A stretch of DNA of 64,000 nt, from NCBI GenBank assembly GCA_951406725.2, contig OX597815.1:182776001-182840000 (forward strand). Direction: 5' to 3'. Within the stretch, counting starts at the first letter, position 1. Each line of letters starts with the position of its first letter. Below the pieces are notes generated by a model. That model did not search any database. It was given only the letters and a program-made list of their open reading frames with translations, and was not told where the DNA came from. This stretch comes from Octopus vulgaris. Taxonomy: Eukaryota. This document shows positions 1 through 12,949 of the stretch, piece after piece. Made by a program: the position numbers and the translations under genes.

Positions 1-328
1 TGCTAAGCATGGGTGCTGGTCTCAGTCAGCGTAAAAACTTGATTGGAGGGACGATTGACTTCTGGGGTTGTCTTGCGTAAAGTGTGGTGGTGTACGAGCT
101 TTTCAGTTTGTGGGTCTTTAAATTTGTTTAATGTGGTCCGAGTGGTTCACTTAACTCAGAGGGGAAAAAATCATGCCTTCATTAGCAGACTAATTATTTA
201 TTTATCTTGTTTAATTTGTTTCGTTACGCGTAGATTATTTTCATCATCACTGAACCTACAGAATTTAAAGCAGATGGTGCTAAATTTTGCTGCAGTGTAG
301 TGACACCTAGATGATATTCAAGTTTTCA

Positions 329-708
329 GGAGGCGCAATGGCCCAGTGGTTAGGGCAGCGGACTCGCGGTCGTAGGATCGCGGTTTCGATTCCCAGATCG
401 GGCGTTGTGAGTGTTTATTGAGCGAAAACACTTAAAGGTCCACGAGGCTCCGGCAGGGATGGTGGTGATCCCTACTGTACTCTTTCACCACAACTTTCTC
501 TCACTCTTACTTCCTGTTTCTGTTGTACCTGTAATTCAAAGGGCCGGCCTTGTCACTCTCTGTGTCACGCTGAATATCCCCGAGAACTACGTTAAGGGTA
601 CATGTGTCTGTGGAGTGCTCAGCCACTTACACGTTAATTTCACGAGCAAGCTGTTCCGTTGATCGGATCAACCGGAACCCTCGTCGTCGTAACCGACGGA
701 GTGCTTCC
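329..708 (+). mobile_element. tRNA-derived SINE, family A (head/core A, tail type 1), full length
   Basis: Head GGAGGCGCAATGGCCCAGTGGTTAGGGCAGCGG with A box and B-box-like GGTTTCGATTCC. 13-bp TSD ATTCAAGTTTTCA at 316-328 and 709-721. Homologous to 38556-38920. Confidence 0.9.
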
Positions 709-1017
709 ATTCAAGTTTTCAATATTGAGATTTTTCAAATTCTATAACATTTATTAATAACGCAGTCTTTCATTTTTCTGCGTCAAATGGGGACTTATAG
801 CTTAATTTTCACCCTAAACAGCTATACTAACATAACCTGCTATATGATAGAGTGGTATATATTTTTCTTGAAACTGACTATGTAGTTTGGTAGATCAATA
901 TTGATACAACACTCCCTCATTCTTTAAACTGACCCTCGATTTTATTTGGTCTCTGTACTGGAAAATAATTTCGTATTCCTCTACCAGGAAAAAGAAAAAA
1001 AAAACGCTACATCTTTT

Positions 1018-1167
1018 ATTCTTTTCTACTCTAGGCACAAGGCCGGGAATATTGGGGGAGGGGGCCAGTCGATTAGATTGACTCCAGTACGCAACTGGTT
1101 CTTAATTTATCGACCCCGAAAGGATAAAAAGCAATCTCGACCTTGGCGGAATTTGAACTCAGAACGT
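1018..1167 (-). mobile_element. SINE family D fragment (5'-truncated)
   Basis: Matches the reverse complement of the body and tail of 53437-53631 (ACGTTCTGAGTTCAAATTCCGCC...GCCTTGTGCCTAGAGTAGAAAAGAAT). Confidence 0.8.
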
Positions 1168-2429
1168 GATATATCTTTTATTTGTCCGCTTTAAACAAAA
1201 TGCCATTTTGATAAGTTATGCATTTCAGGCGCTATTATTTCTAGTATATATTTTTGAAAACTCAGAACAGGAGAAAAATAAAAACATCTGGTTCAACCGA
1301 CGCTTGAACATGACTGTACAATCCAAATATCTGCTATTGATCAACATTAAACAATATTCACCAACGAACCACAAATACACTAAGTCTTCAATAAAACAGC
1401 GTATATGTTATTTATAGCTTCCTCATTTGATAGCGAGAAGCAATAAACTAAACTGCGCAACTGGCAACACGTCCGCTTCCATACCACAGCATGCAGCTGC
1501 GATAGCACAACATTTCTGAGATCAAAAAACAAGGTGATAACAAATGCAATAATGCATCCGAAGACAGTATTGAAAATAATTATATAGTACACACTGAAAA
1601 TACTTTCAACTGCATAATAACATATATCGACCTTTTGCAATACAGACAATGGAAATACCACCTTGTTGTTACGACAAATCTATAATTTTAATTTTCGAAT
1701 AGATAATTTGTCAATAGTCAGCTTTCATTGTTTATATCATTCAATCAGATTAAGAATTAGGAAGGAGTTTTCTATGTTATTATTTATAAGTGTTGTTTAA
1801 CCTCATGACCTCTCTAAACGAGCAGATACTATAATCAAAAGCATTTCACATATTATCAGATCTTCCTTTTTCAGACGTCGTGTACTATTTCCAGGTTGTA
1901 TCTCGGACTACACATTCCAGTGTCATATTTTAAGATGGTAGGCTGTAATTTTAAGGAGGTTTAGGTGTAATTTTTGCCTGACAAGCGCCAATGTAGAATT
2001 TCCTTTGTTTACTGGTGCACTTATGTTGGCCAGAGGCTCGTAACTGCCGCCATATGAGTCCCTGAACTTACCGTTGTATCATCTAAATTATACATAGGGT
2101 TTCTTTTAATCAAAGAATGAAATCTGTTGCGAATATCTGCCTATTTTGCGTTTCTCCTCTGATCACTGTATACCATCACCTTGTATTTTTCATTTTATTA
2201 TGGTTTATTTATCGTTGTTTTCCTTACTTCCTACTGTGTTGACTTTTTTTCGAGTTTACATCTTTTTAATCCAGGAGTAAATTACGTTGAATTTGTTGAT
2301 TATGCTTCTGAAGTTTTTCAACCCATACATAGATTTATAAATACATACACACACACACACACGCACTCATGCGCGCGCGCATACACACACTATATCTATA
2401 TATATATACACAAATATATATGGATAAAT

Positions 2430-2825
2430 ACATATTCTGTGAGTACGATACCTCTCATCATATCTCCAAGAATCAAACTTTCTTCAATATGGATAAACTC
2501 ACATCCCCACTTTCATCTTCACTTTCTAGAAAACTAAGAGGTTTTGAAAACATTTTTAACCTTATATATGACTGTGCAATACTAAAAGAACTTTTGAAAT
2601 CAATTTGTTATCTAAATCCCATTTTTATAGAACTTTCCATGATGCCTCACGAGTGTAACATCACCCCCTTTGATGTTTGGGGATCTCAGATGTTCTTTCG
2701 GCTGATGAGTACGGGTCACCTATATTTACTGCAATTTTTGTAGCCTTATTAAAGATGTCTTCGTACGAAACAATTGTACCGAAAAATTGATCCATTCTTG
2801 TTGCTTTTTTTCCTATTTATAATAC

Positions 2826-2826
<1 letters not shown>
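2430..2826 (+). mobile_element. Probable Penelope-like element fragment carrying a hammerhead ribozyme
   Basis: Unique segment between (TA)n tracts that contains a type I hammerhead with a palindromic minimal stem III, a known Penelope pseudo-LTR feature. Boundaries approximate. Confidence 0.5.
2696..2784 (+). ncRNA. Type I hammerhead ribozyme, canonical core
   Basis: Stem I TTTCGG(2696-2701)/CCGAAA(2779-2784); CTGATGA 2702-2708; stem II GTACG/CGTAC with a long loop; GAAAC 2767-2771; palindromic stem III ACAATTGT; cleavage triplet GTA (cut after 2778). Confidence 0.85.
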
Positions 2827-2828
<2 letters not shown>

Positions 2829-2891
<63 letters not shown>

Positions 2892-2917
2892 ATATATATA
2901 TATATGTATATATATAC
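2829..2917. repeat. (TA)n microsatellite
   Basis: Read directly from the sequence. Confidence 0.95.
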
Positions 2918-3205
2918 AAATATAAGAGGGGATTTTTTTACCACTATTTGGAAGCCCTTACGCTAGAAGAAGATCCGCTATGGTCTTAACCACTAAGAAT
3001 TGTTCTCCAGAAAAAATTTAGCACACCAGAAATGTAAGCGAGCAAGACAAATGAAAGGTAACAAGAATATAGATTAATCATAAACAATTGTTTCACTATC
3101 AACAAATTACGTAATTCTACTTACATAATTTACCTGTAGATCGTCAGTATGATCGTCTATGTATTCTGCATAGACGATCAGGCATAGATGATTTTAATTT
3201 TAAAT

Positions 3206-3261
<56 letters not shown>

Positions 3262-3321
3262 CAGAATGAGATAACCACGCCCAGGCTGTCAGAGGTTTTC
3301 AGGACATTTATAAAGGAAATA

Positions 3322-3369
3322 GTCTTACAGCTGTTTCTGGGATATTGTGGATATCCCTTCATCACAGAC
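3322..3369 (-). ncRNA. Minimal type I hammerhead motif (C3 replaced by G) in a Penelope-like fragment at about 3260-3386
   Basis: Minus strand GTCT GTGATGA A GGGATAT-CCACA-ATATCCC A GAAAC AGCT GTA AGAC: stem I GTCT/AGAC, 7-bp stem II, palindromic stem III ACAGCTGT. Flanked by (TA)n on both sides. Confidence 0.7.
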
Positions 3370-3379
3370 GGTGTGCAAA

Positions 3380-3430
<51 letters not shown>

Positions 3431-3487
3431 CATATATACACAAACACACACACACGCGTAAATAAATATATAGTAGTATGTAAAAGT

Positions 3488-3797
3488 GTGTGTGAAGCAG
3501 TTAGAGAGTTCGACTTATGATCATCAGTTTGTGTCCTTGCGGCGCATTGTTTCCATGAGCAAGACATTTTATTTCACGTTGTTCCGGTTTGATTCACTTT
3601 GCAAAAAATGAGTTATATCTGTATTTCAAAGGTCCAGCATTGTCAAATTCTGGGTCACTCTCAATCCCTCTGACAACTATGTTAAGACGACGCATGCATA
3701 TGGCGTGCTCGGCTACTTGCACGTTACTTTCACGAGCAGGCTGTTTCACTGAGTGGATCAGCTGGAATGCTCATCGACGAAACTGACGGAGTGCCAG
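3488..3797 (+). mobile_element. Old SINE: CORE-like 5' part joined to the family-A type-1 tail
   Basis: GAGCAAGACATTTTATTTCACGTTG is shared with 11350-11659. The 3' half (CACGAGCAGGCTGTT...GACGGAGTGCCA) is shared with 329-708. Confidence 0.7.
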
Positions 3798-3841
3798 TCA
3801 TTAGTATTATATATATACGTGTGTGTGTATGTACATATTAC

Positions 3842-4111
3842 TTTGTTCCTTCTTGAGCCATGCCTCGCTCATAAGGGCCGCTTTCCCGGATGGGACGCCG
3901 GTCCGTCGCAGGTGAGCTGCAAGATGCAGGAGGAAAGAGTAAGAGAAAGTTGTGGCGAAAGAGTCAGCAGAAGTTCGCCATTACCTTCTGCCGGAGCTGC
4001 GTGGAGCTTAGGTGTTTCGCTCATGAACACACACATCGCCCGGTCTGAGATTCGAACCCGCGATCCCTCGACAGCGGGTCCGCTGCTCTAACCACTAGGC
4101 CATGTGCCTCC
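3842..4111 (-). mobile_element. tRNA-derived SINE family B
   Basis: Head GGAGGCACATGGCCTAGTGGTTAGAGCAGCGG, B box GGTTCGAATCTC. Close homologue at 6886-7178. Confidence 0.9.
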
Positions 4112-4113
<2 letters not shown>

Positions 4114-4154
<41 letters not shown>

Positions 4155-4201
4155 CGTGTGTGTGTGTGTGTATGCGTGTGTGTGTGTGTGTGTGTGTGTG
4201 T
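4114..4201. repeat. (TG)n microsatellite
   Basis: Read directly from the sequence. Confidence 0.95.
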
Positions 4202-5749
4202 GGACGTGGGATCATAGAAGTTCCTAAAACACAACTGATAGAAAGACTGAATGTAATTGAATAGAATATTCGATAAAGCATTGAAGAATGTGTTATCGGG
4301 TATATGGAAATAACTCAGGAACATTACATATTGTCCAAAGCTGACAAAAGAGAAATCGTTAATATGTGCTGGTGCCTATTCTAATAGAATGATATTTATT
4401 CCACTGTGAGTAACAGTATGAATCGTGTCTAAGTATTTCAGTGAACATCCACTTTTCACCAGGCGAATTTTACTGGTTTATATTATTAGTTGCTAACGGA
4501 ATAAATTATGTGTATACATTTTTTATCTGTTCTGCTTTATTTTTCACGTCTTTTCGTATTTTTTTTTTTACTTGCATTAAGCTATCAAATTACTTCTTTA
4601 ATAAATATATGGTGTTCGATCGTAGCATTCTTTTTCAATACCTATTTTACACAATGCATCGATTATGTTGCCTGCCTGAACTACAACTACATGCATTGAG
4701 AAAATGCCGTTCAATAAGTCATTTATGGAGTATAGGTGAGTAAAATGAACCGAATAGCAGATGTTGTTACGTATGCATCTTCTACAAATTGGAATGTTCA
4801 ACTTTCCAACATTTCCAAGTGACAAACGTACTAATATGAAGATTTATACAAGTGCATTTTGCCGAATAATATTCTGGTAAATCTTGACATTTATTCAAAA
4901 AGCAAAAGAAATATACCTATGAGGAAACTTTTCAAATATGATTAAATATGTTTAGCTGTGTTTTTCACTTTTTTTACATTATGTTTGTTATATTTATTTT
5001 CTGTATTGCATTGATATAAAATTAGATGAGACCAGGCATCTACAGCGTACTTTCATCGAATCAATGATACGATTGCTTAACGACGTTCAGTAAAAAAAAT
5101 GTATGAAACAAACTGTGTTATCAGTTATATATTTGGATCGGAAATAAAGCAAATTTTAATTATTGCTAGGAAGACCCTGAAGCAACATAGGTTCCTGTAT
5201 AATTATTAGCAGCATCCGTTATAATTACTTGCAGAAAAGTTCACATTTGATAAAACTCTATATATTCATTGAGATATATTGTAAAACACAATATGTAATT
5301 AAAATGTTATTCGTAGGTTAGAGTATTCACTTACTCTTTTCCTTCGTTACACTCTTTGCAGAAATCTTCCAAAATTAATTGCCTTAATCGTTATTCATTT
5401 ATCACTATTGAAACATTTTCAATACAGAAATTAAGTCTTGTAAGAAGATATTGTCGATTTAGTCGACCACTATATGCTATTTGTAGAGTTTTAGCTATTT
5501 GTACTTGGATTGGAGAAAAGGATTTCGTCCATACTGAACGATCGATGCGGTTGATTATAAACTTCTACATCTGTCACTTAAACCTTTTAAGATAAGCACA
5601 GCTGTTTTCTAAACATAATATAAAATTTAACAATATTTCCCAATATACTCACATCAAGCGAACAGGCACAGCTGCATATGTATATCGTATGGCAATGAAC
5701 GTGTATCTATTTGTAAATTAAGCGTTTCTAGAAACGTGTCCTTACCAAT

Positions 5750-6770
5750 CCCACTGCCTAGATTACAAGTAATACAAACCAACTCACAAGGCCTCATCAG
5801 TAGTTATAGAAATATATCCAACAGATTCTCTGTAAAAGCTAGTCTGAACAGCTTCTGTAACGAACATATCGTTATCATAATGTTTCGGTTTGTTTCACTC
5901 TTTGATAAATCCACATTGATCAGTTAGTGAGCCAATATGAATATTTGCTCGAGCTTTCTTATTCAAAGATACCCATCAAATTATGATCCGCTCCACAGGA
6001 TTTAAAGAATAGGAAAAGCCCTGTGAAATTTAATATAGTTTCCAACGACAGTTTGGACGTGATATGAGATCGGCTTTTATGCCTTTCAAAGAGGATATTG
6101 ACACTTTGATAATACGAATCACTATCGACGGCTTACGTTTTCTGTCTTGTTCGTTTACTCTCGTCCCCGCATTTAGATGCAACGCCATGTCTATATAATT
6201 GAAAAGAGCAACAAAAACGGGATTGGGAGCTACTGGTTATAGAAGTTGAGTCACAAGAAGCCTTTTCCATCAACGTTTTCCACACTCTAATGTATGCACG
6301 GTATTTCTTTCAATTACTGCAGGTCCCTGTTTAAATGTTCGATTTCAAGTTGCAGGCTTTATATGATCAAACAGATCCAGCACATCCACGGTGTTCATTT
6401 TTGCCGATAATTCTATAGCGTAAGAGTCAACACCTACTGTGAATAAATTATTAACTCAGCACCGCAGGAGTGAAACTAAACGCAATTGCTTCTTTATTGC
6501 ATCGTTGAGTTTCCATGCTTATCGTTTACGAGAATAATCTGGAACCTGATCTAACAGACATTCCTGTGTTCAGTTGCAGAATCAATAGAAATAGTAAATT
6601 CTTTCATGCTACCCTGTGTAGCTTTGTGCCTTGTTTCCCACTGCAGTCATTAACTATCTTTATTCAGGCTTAACAAATAGTAAGAACTTAGCTCCTTCTT
6701 TGGCGAACAATATTTCCCACTGACCAACATTCCCATACTGGATCAACTCCCTAAGCGTATTGGAATTCCG
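5750..6770 (-). pseudogene. Highly degenerate Ty3/Gypsy pol relic (RT/RNase H)
   Basis: Broken minus-strand translations LVSGKYCSPKKELSSYYLLSLNKDS (about 6735-6660) and GFL*LNFYNQ*LP (about 6262-6222) resemble the Gypsy motifs GKYFSKLDL..AY.Q..L..ES and FLGL.NYY..F.P, in the correct order. Many stops. Confidence 0.35.
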
Positions 6771-6885
6771 ATACCCACTGCTGCATACCCCACTGTTCAT
6801 ACCCACTGCTGCATTGATAGAGGTAACTAATATTCATTTAGTATGAACTGAAACTGTATACATTACTGTGGTATAAGACCTTAGT

Positions 6886-7178
6886 GGAGGCACATGGCCT
6901 AGTGGTTAGAGCAGCAGTCGAGCGATCGCGGGTTCGAATCTCAGACCAGGCGATGTGTGTGTTTATGAGCGAAACACCTAAGCTCCACGCGGCTCCGACA
7001 GAAGGTAATGGCGAACTTATGCTGATACTTTCGCCACAACTTTCTCTCACTCTTTCTTCCTGCATCTTGCAGCTCACCTGCGACGGACCGGCGTCCCGTT
7101 CATGTGAGAAACCTATACGCCACGGAAACTGGGAACCCGGCCCTTATGAGCCAAGCGTGGCTCGAGAAGGAACAAACT
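6886..7178 (+). mobile_element. tRNA-derived SINE family B
   Basis: Same head, core and tail as 3842-4111. Degenerate TSD AAGACCTTAGT/AAGAACGTAGT. Confidence 0.9.
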
Positions 7179-9214
7179 AAAAGAACGTAGTAGCTGATAC
7201 TTTTGCTGTTGAAATTTAAGTTAATACTGAAAATATAGTGGAAAGATAATGATAATATACAAGCTTTTAATGTATTTACTAAGATAATTAGATAGCCATC
7301 TTTCTTTCAGTTGCAATGCCTTGTTATTTCATTAAATACCCATGTTGACGAGGTCTAAGAGAGCTTTATTTGCAGTGATTTCTTGATCAGACGATAGTGT
7401 TTTCATTAATATGTAAGCAATTGGATTATCTCGATTGGGGCAATTTTCAACTCACTGACAACTGTCGTTTGCATAAATTGATGCGTTGAAAAGATTGCAA
7501 AGCAGTCACCATGTCAAAACTCCTAATATTCTGAACTCGTTTCGATGTTACGTTGGAACTTAAAATTAAATATAAATTTGAGAAGTCATTCAGTACTCAC
7601 TGAGAAAAAGTATGCATTGTAAAAAATGATAAGTTTTCCGTAAATGAAATATGGCTTATAGGCAGGCTACGTCGGCAGAGTAACCTTATTTACAAGGCTA
7701 GTCACTTTAATATGCACAAATCCAAGTAGGGTTTATTTTTCATTCAGAGAAGGTCTACATCATACAACTCAATTACCAAAAAATTAGGCCACCATCACAG
7801 TGGTGAAAGCTGAATAAATGAAGAAACTTTTACTCAAAAGTACTCCATTAGTCTTTCAGATGTCCCAGCGACAATCACAATAGTACATTAGAGAGCATTC
7901 ACAACCTTACCAAACGTGAAGTAACATCCGTGACTGAAACAATTAAGCACACATTTTATTATAATTACTATTGTAGACATTCGCTAAAATAGAGTTTCAC
8001 AACTAAATCATTTAGTTTTAAATATAATTAGGATTATTCTCTAATTTATGCATAAGTAACTCTATATATATCTTGAAATCTCTTTATAAACAACCTAGAG
8101 GAATGAGTACCCGGTTCGAATCTCTGTGTGTATCCCTTCATTTGCGTGCCATGTTGTTTTTTAACTTTGTTGGTCTATACTTTTCTCGATCTTATTATGT
8201 ACGCTGCATCATAACCGTTGTAATGGACGGTGGAATCTGTCCCTTGAACTCAAGTAAACTTCAAGAAGGTTTCATAGGCGCTTCATTATGCTAATAATAC
8301 AAATTAGTCGCATATTGCAAACTTTAATGTGCACAAGCCTAAATAGAAATGTCGTTCTTACCTTCTAGAATACGAAGCTTTATTTTCACATTTTAAACAA
8401 TAGCACTGTATCCGATGTGGTCAATGACACTTCAGCTAGTTCTACTACCACCAAATAAGGACCTTTAGATTATATAATATTAGATTATACAATGCAACCG
8501 CTCCTTCCAGATCGTTATGATGGATCAATGTGAACTAATGCTCTTGTCTTTCTTAAGCAGATTGGACTGCGTCAAGTTTCTGACAGTTTGGTTTTCAACA
8601 TTATACTCTGTAATGTACTCGCAATTTTTGGCGTCACCTAAATTCTAGAACCATCCAGATTGCAAATAAAAATAATACTCATTATAACAGAAGTACAACA
8701 GCTGCAGAGGTTAGATGTCCGCCAAAGGCGACAGAAATTAATTAGTAGAAACATATTTAAGCGTGATAAATGCAATTATGCAACACATCAGCTTCATCAT
8801 GAGACTGAATAAAACAGCCGCAAGAATGTTTATTTTCCTTTTCTAATACTAAATTGATTGTTGTCCGACATTCACAAAAACGCAGGAAGACCAAAGTGGA
8901 AATCCATTTGATATTTCGGTTCGTTCACGAATAACCTGGGGCGAAACATCAACAAAACTATTATTGGTTTTCATTCAACGAATAAATTGTTTTAATACAT
9001 TAATTTTATATATTATTAAATATTATTCTCTTTGTTAAGCTTCATATTTGGTCTCCTTTGGTAGAGGGGGAGAGTTATACACATCTTATATTTATGCTTC
9101 TTAGCTTTTTTTTATTTAAAGTATATTAAAACTGGTTATATGTTAGCGATAAGGACACTGCACTATACATTATAAATTATTGACCATGATTGACCGCTGA
9201 CTCCAAAAGATAAT

Positions 9215-9372
9215 CTATTCTCTCTCTGTTTATTTTCTCATGTTCCTTTCTGTTGAAAAGCGTAGGCTCGAAATGTAAAAGACTTTTTCACCTTGCCGAG
9301 CGTCAAACTAATACACCTGCTTGTTGTTTATGCACATGTCTCCGTCTTTTGTTTTTCTTTAAATTTCAACAA
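9215..9372 (+). mobile_element. Penelope-like terminal fragment with a variant hammerhead (9246-9281)
   Basis: CTTT CTGTTGA AAAGC GTAG GCTC GAAAT GTA AAAG. Homologous to 15447-15630 in the opposite orientation. Confidence 0.6.
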
Positions 9373-10098
9373 TAGGTTATTGTTATTACTTGTATTCTAA
9401 GAAATAACTACATGTAACCGTTAATAACGTTTTTCATCTAGAAAAGGTTTTCATCTAGAAAAAGAAAACTACGACTCTGGCAGTGTTAGTATCACTTGTT
9501 GATGTTGATACTAAATTTGTTTTATCGACCATGTTTTACTTGATGGAAAATGGAATACTTTTCAATCTCGCCACCTTTATATTTATATCTAATTCACAGT
9601 TATAATGCCAACACACGTATTCTATGGCTTTATTTCACAGTAGCTTTCTTTTTGCGGCCAGTGAAATTTCATTAGCAAAACAACGTGCTTCTTTATTCAA
9701 TTCTGTGAAACCATGTAAGGCATGATAAGATTTCTAGGTGCTTAATTGATTAATTTAGAGAAGTAACGAAGTTTATAGTATATAGAAATTATCAGAAGTT
9801 TCACTTTCTATTTTTTTATTTCGGTTTTATTCTTGTTAATAGAATCAGATATTTGGTGGGAACAATCTGAAATGGATAAGGTTCTTTGTAGTGTTTGTTG
9901 AATGGAATTCTTTATGATGTAATTAGATTTGTACCGAACCATATAGTGTTTAATGGAAATATTGAACTATCCACGAATATCATAAAAAATATATTCAGCA
10001 CAAATATAAGATTGTTCTCTTTGAATCTGATTGAATTTCGAAAATACTATAAAAATAGGAATTAGAATATTTATATTAAAATATATTACAACTTGAAA

Positions 10099-10152
<54 letters not shown>

Positions 10153-10286
10153 CACGCATGTGAATACATTTTTACCGATCTGTCTGCAGCCATTCAATAC
10201 ACTAGACTTAGTGTTTAATATTGTACATATATGGTACATGTTATACATTCCTAAGTGTATATTCATTCCTTCTGTGCGTGTCTGGC

Positions 10287-10319
<33 letters not shown>

Positions 10320-10829
10320 TGTGCAGGTGTGTGCAGGTGGGGGCAGGTTACACTGCGACCTATTTCGGATTTGAAATTCTATCTATTTTAATTCAAATCA
10401 CTAATTTATTTCAGCATTCTGCTCGGCTCCTGCACGAATGTCGCTGTTCTTTACTTTACTCTCACTGTTGTTTGGCGGGACTAATCCAATATGACTGTAT
10501 TATTAACCTCAAACAGTCAAGAAAATACAGATGGGTGGTGTGTGAACTGGCCGCATTCGAAAATATACATATACACAGGAATACACATACTTACATACAT
10601 ATATGCATTCATAAATGCATACATATATGCTGATACACACACACACACACATATATACATACAGACACAAATAAATATACGAAATTTGTACGTAAAGTAA
10701 GGAAAAACCTGAACATAACGTTTTTAATTAACTGCTATTGTACCTCAGAGTGCACATGTTGAAAGGGAGAGTAACCTTTTCAATAAAGGCACTCTCTTCT
10801 TGTTCTTTTCCTTTGGCACTTGTCGGGAA

Positions 10830-11181
10830 ATGTCTACTTCACCAAGCCCAATCTCTGTTCTCCTAATTCACCCCGTCTATAACCACATGGGTTATTATGC
10901 GTGAGATACGTTTGAGAAAGACACCACTGGCTCAACCGGCAACAGTAGGGCCAACCTGGCGGCCAATATCAATGAGGTGTTCGAAGTTCTAACCAGGGAC
11001 ACAGTGAGGAATGCATGCGCCAGGTTTCGGAACCGTCTTGAGGCCATGGTGCAAGACGAGGGCGGCTACTTTAGCAAACCGTTATCTCCCAGCCGTACTT
11101 TTGTTTTGAAACTTTATTTTTGGAAGGGATGTTGTCTTTTCCTTTTGTGAAAACTGTCGAATTCAGACCGAACACTTTGTA
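10830..11181 (+). mobile_element. Tc1/mariner-superfamily (maT/DD37D-like) transposon 3' relic
   Basis: Translation RDTVRNACARFRNRLEAMVQDEGGYF, preceded by a decayed PNSP..N..(D)YY motif. Ends in TIR-like ...GACCGAACACTTTG followed by TA. Confidence 0.7.
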
Positions 11182-11227
11182 TACACACATATATGTTTGT
11201 ATATATATATATATATATATATATATT

Positions 11228-11281
<54 letters not shown>

Positions 11282-11349
11282 CGTGTGTGCTTATATACAT
11301 ACATATACACAACATAAGTGTAAAAAATGTAGACTCCTTTCGACAATGA

Positions 11350-11659
11350 ATGATCATTGGATTGCACCTAGAAAGTTCCCCTCCAAGTTACAAGTCCGCA
11401 TAAGGTTGTTCATGGAAGACCAACAGTCACTCGTTCATATCAACCCCACTTCTCCATTCCGCCTATGTTATCCAAGGCAAAGGGGCCGATACAGCTTAGA
11501 ACCAGTGACGTTGCAACTCATTTCTACAGCTGAGTGAACTGGAGCAACGTGAAATAATGTATCTTACCGAAGAACACAACACACAGCCTTGTTCGGGAAT
11601 CGAACTTACTATATCATATTTGTGAGCCTAACACTCTAAGCACTGAGCCATGCGCCTTC
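11350..11659 (-). mobile_element. tRNA-derived CORE-like SINE
   Basis: Minus-strand head GAAGGCGCATGGCTCAGTGCTTAGAGTG, B box GTTCGATTCCC, core TTATTTCACGTTGCTCCAGTTCACTCAGCTGTAGAAATGAGT. Confidence 0.8.
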
Positions 11660-11749
11660 ACATATACATACATATATACATACATACACACTCACACATA
11701 TAATATATAGATATATATAGACAGAGAGATAGACAGACAGAGGGATGAA

Positions 11750-11759
11750 TGGATAGATG

Positions 11760-11838
<79 letters not shown>
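11750..11838. repeat. (GATA)n microsatellite
   Basis: Read directly from the sequence. Confidence 0.95.
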
Positions 11839-12511
11839 TGCTTTTCACACGCACAAGACAGAAGTTTACTGACTGTAATTTTTGTTTTTATACTCGAGTT
11901 AGTAGTCAGTTGGTATGCTGCACCTGGTGCTTAAAGCCTACTAACTCAACGTTCAAAGTTCAAATATGAAAGATGTCTCATTTATTCTCACCTATAATAT
12001 TTACATATCTTTGGAGTACTTTGGAGTCTATTCTAAACACACTAGACCTATATTAACAGAAATAAGCAGACTTGACTTAAGGTAGCAGTATCTTCAGAAA
12101 AACATTCATTGGTGTATCCGTCATTTTATTCATTGAGGTCTTTCCTGGTTAATAATATTTACACATTGATCTTGCCTAAAGTGTTGACCTTTTCACTTTA
12201 ATTACCACTAATTAAGAACGAAAAGAAGACTTCAAAAAGTACTAACTCGGTTGGAGAACATCCAGCTATCAATAGGCCAGTGACCTTGAAACACAGGCAA
12301 GTCAGCTTCTTCTACAAACAAATTAGTTCAGTTGACATTTATTCAAGCTCCTGTCAGAATTAGTTTGGTTTCTATCGCTAAATTAATGTTGTGTTTTGAT
12401 ACAGCGTATTTTACAAAGATTCTAAGAGAAACTAAGAAAGTACACAAAAAATGTCTACTACACATATAAGCATGCAAAGAAACATGCGCACACGTATACG
12501 TTATGTGTGTG

Positions 12512-12579
<68 letters not shown>

Positions 12580-12949
12580 TATTACAAATGGACGTCCTCG
12601 AGACTAAGCTGTTGTATAGGATTTATCAAATTTTAATATGATATTGATGATAATTTAATAAACAGTATTCAGTATTTCAGTAATTTATATTCTATAATAT
12701 GAACATCATTCCCAAATGAAAGATATATTATTCATATGTGAATGCATTCAATTTGACAAATAAACATGAAAGTTGTGTCCACACATTCAGATCTTTTCAC
12801 TCCTCGTCGCCTTCTTCCTCTTCTGCTTCTCCAACGTCCTTTTTTCATTTCAATAAGTTATAGTCCACAGCATAAGAGATGTTATGAACTTAGTCCTGGC
12901 TATTCACCCTTCCCCATTGGTTTGTTAACTGTATCACTATCAACAGCCT

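Noticed and set aside
329-410. tRNA genes at SINE heads (also 4040-4111, 6886, 37612)
   Set aside because: A and B boxes are present, but I could not build a complete cloverleaf, and each continues into a repeated SINE body.
2958-3040. Hammerhead-like CGCT AGAAGA...GAAATGTA AGCG
   Set aside because: The CUGA core is missing; at best a decayed relic.
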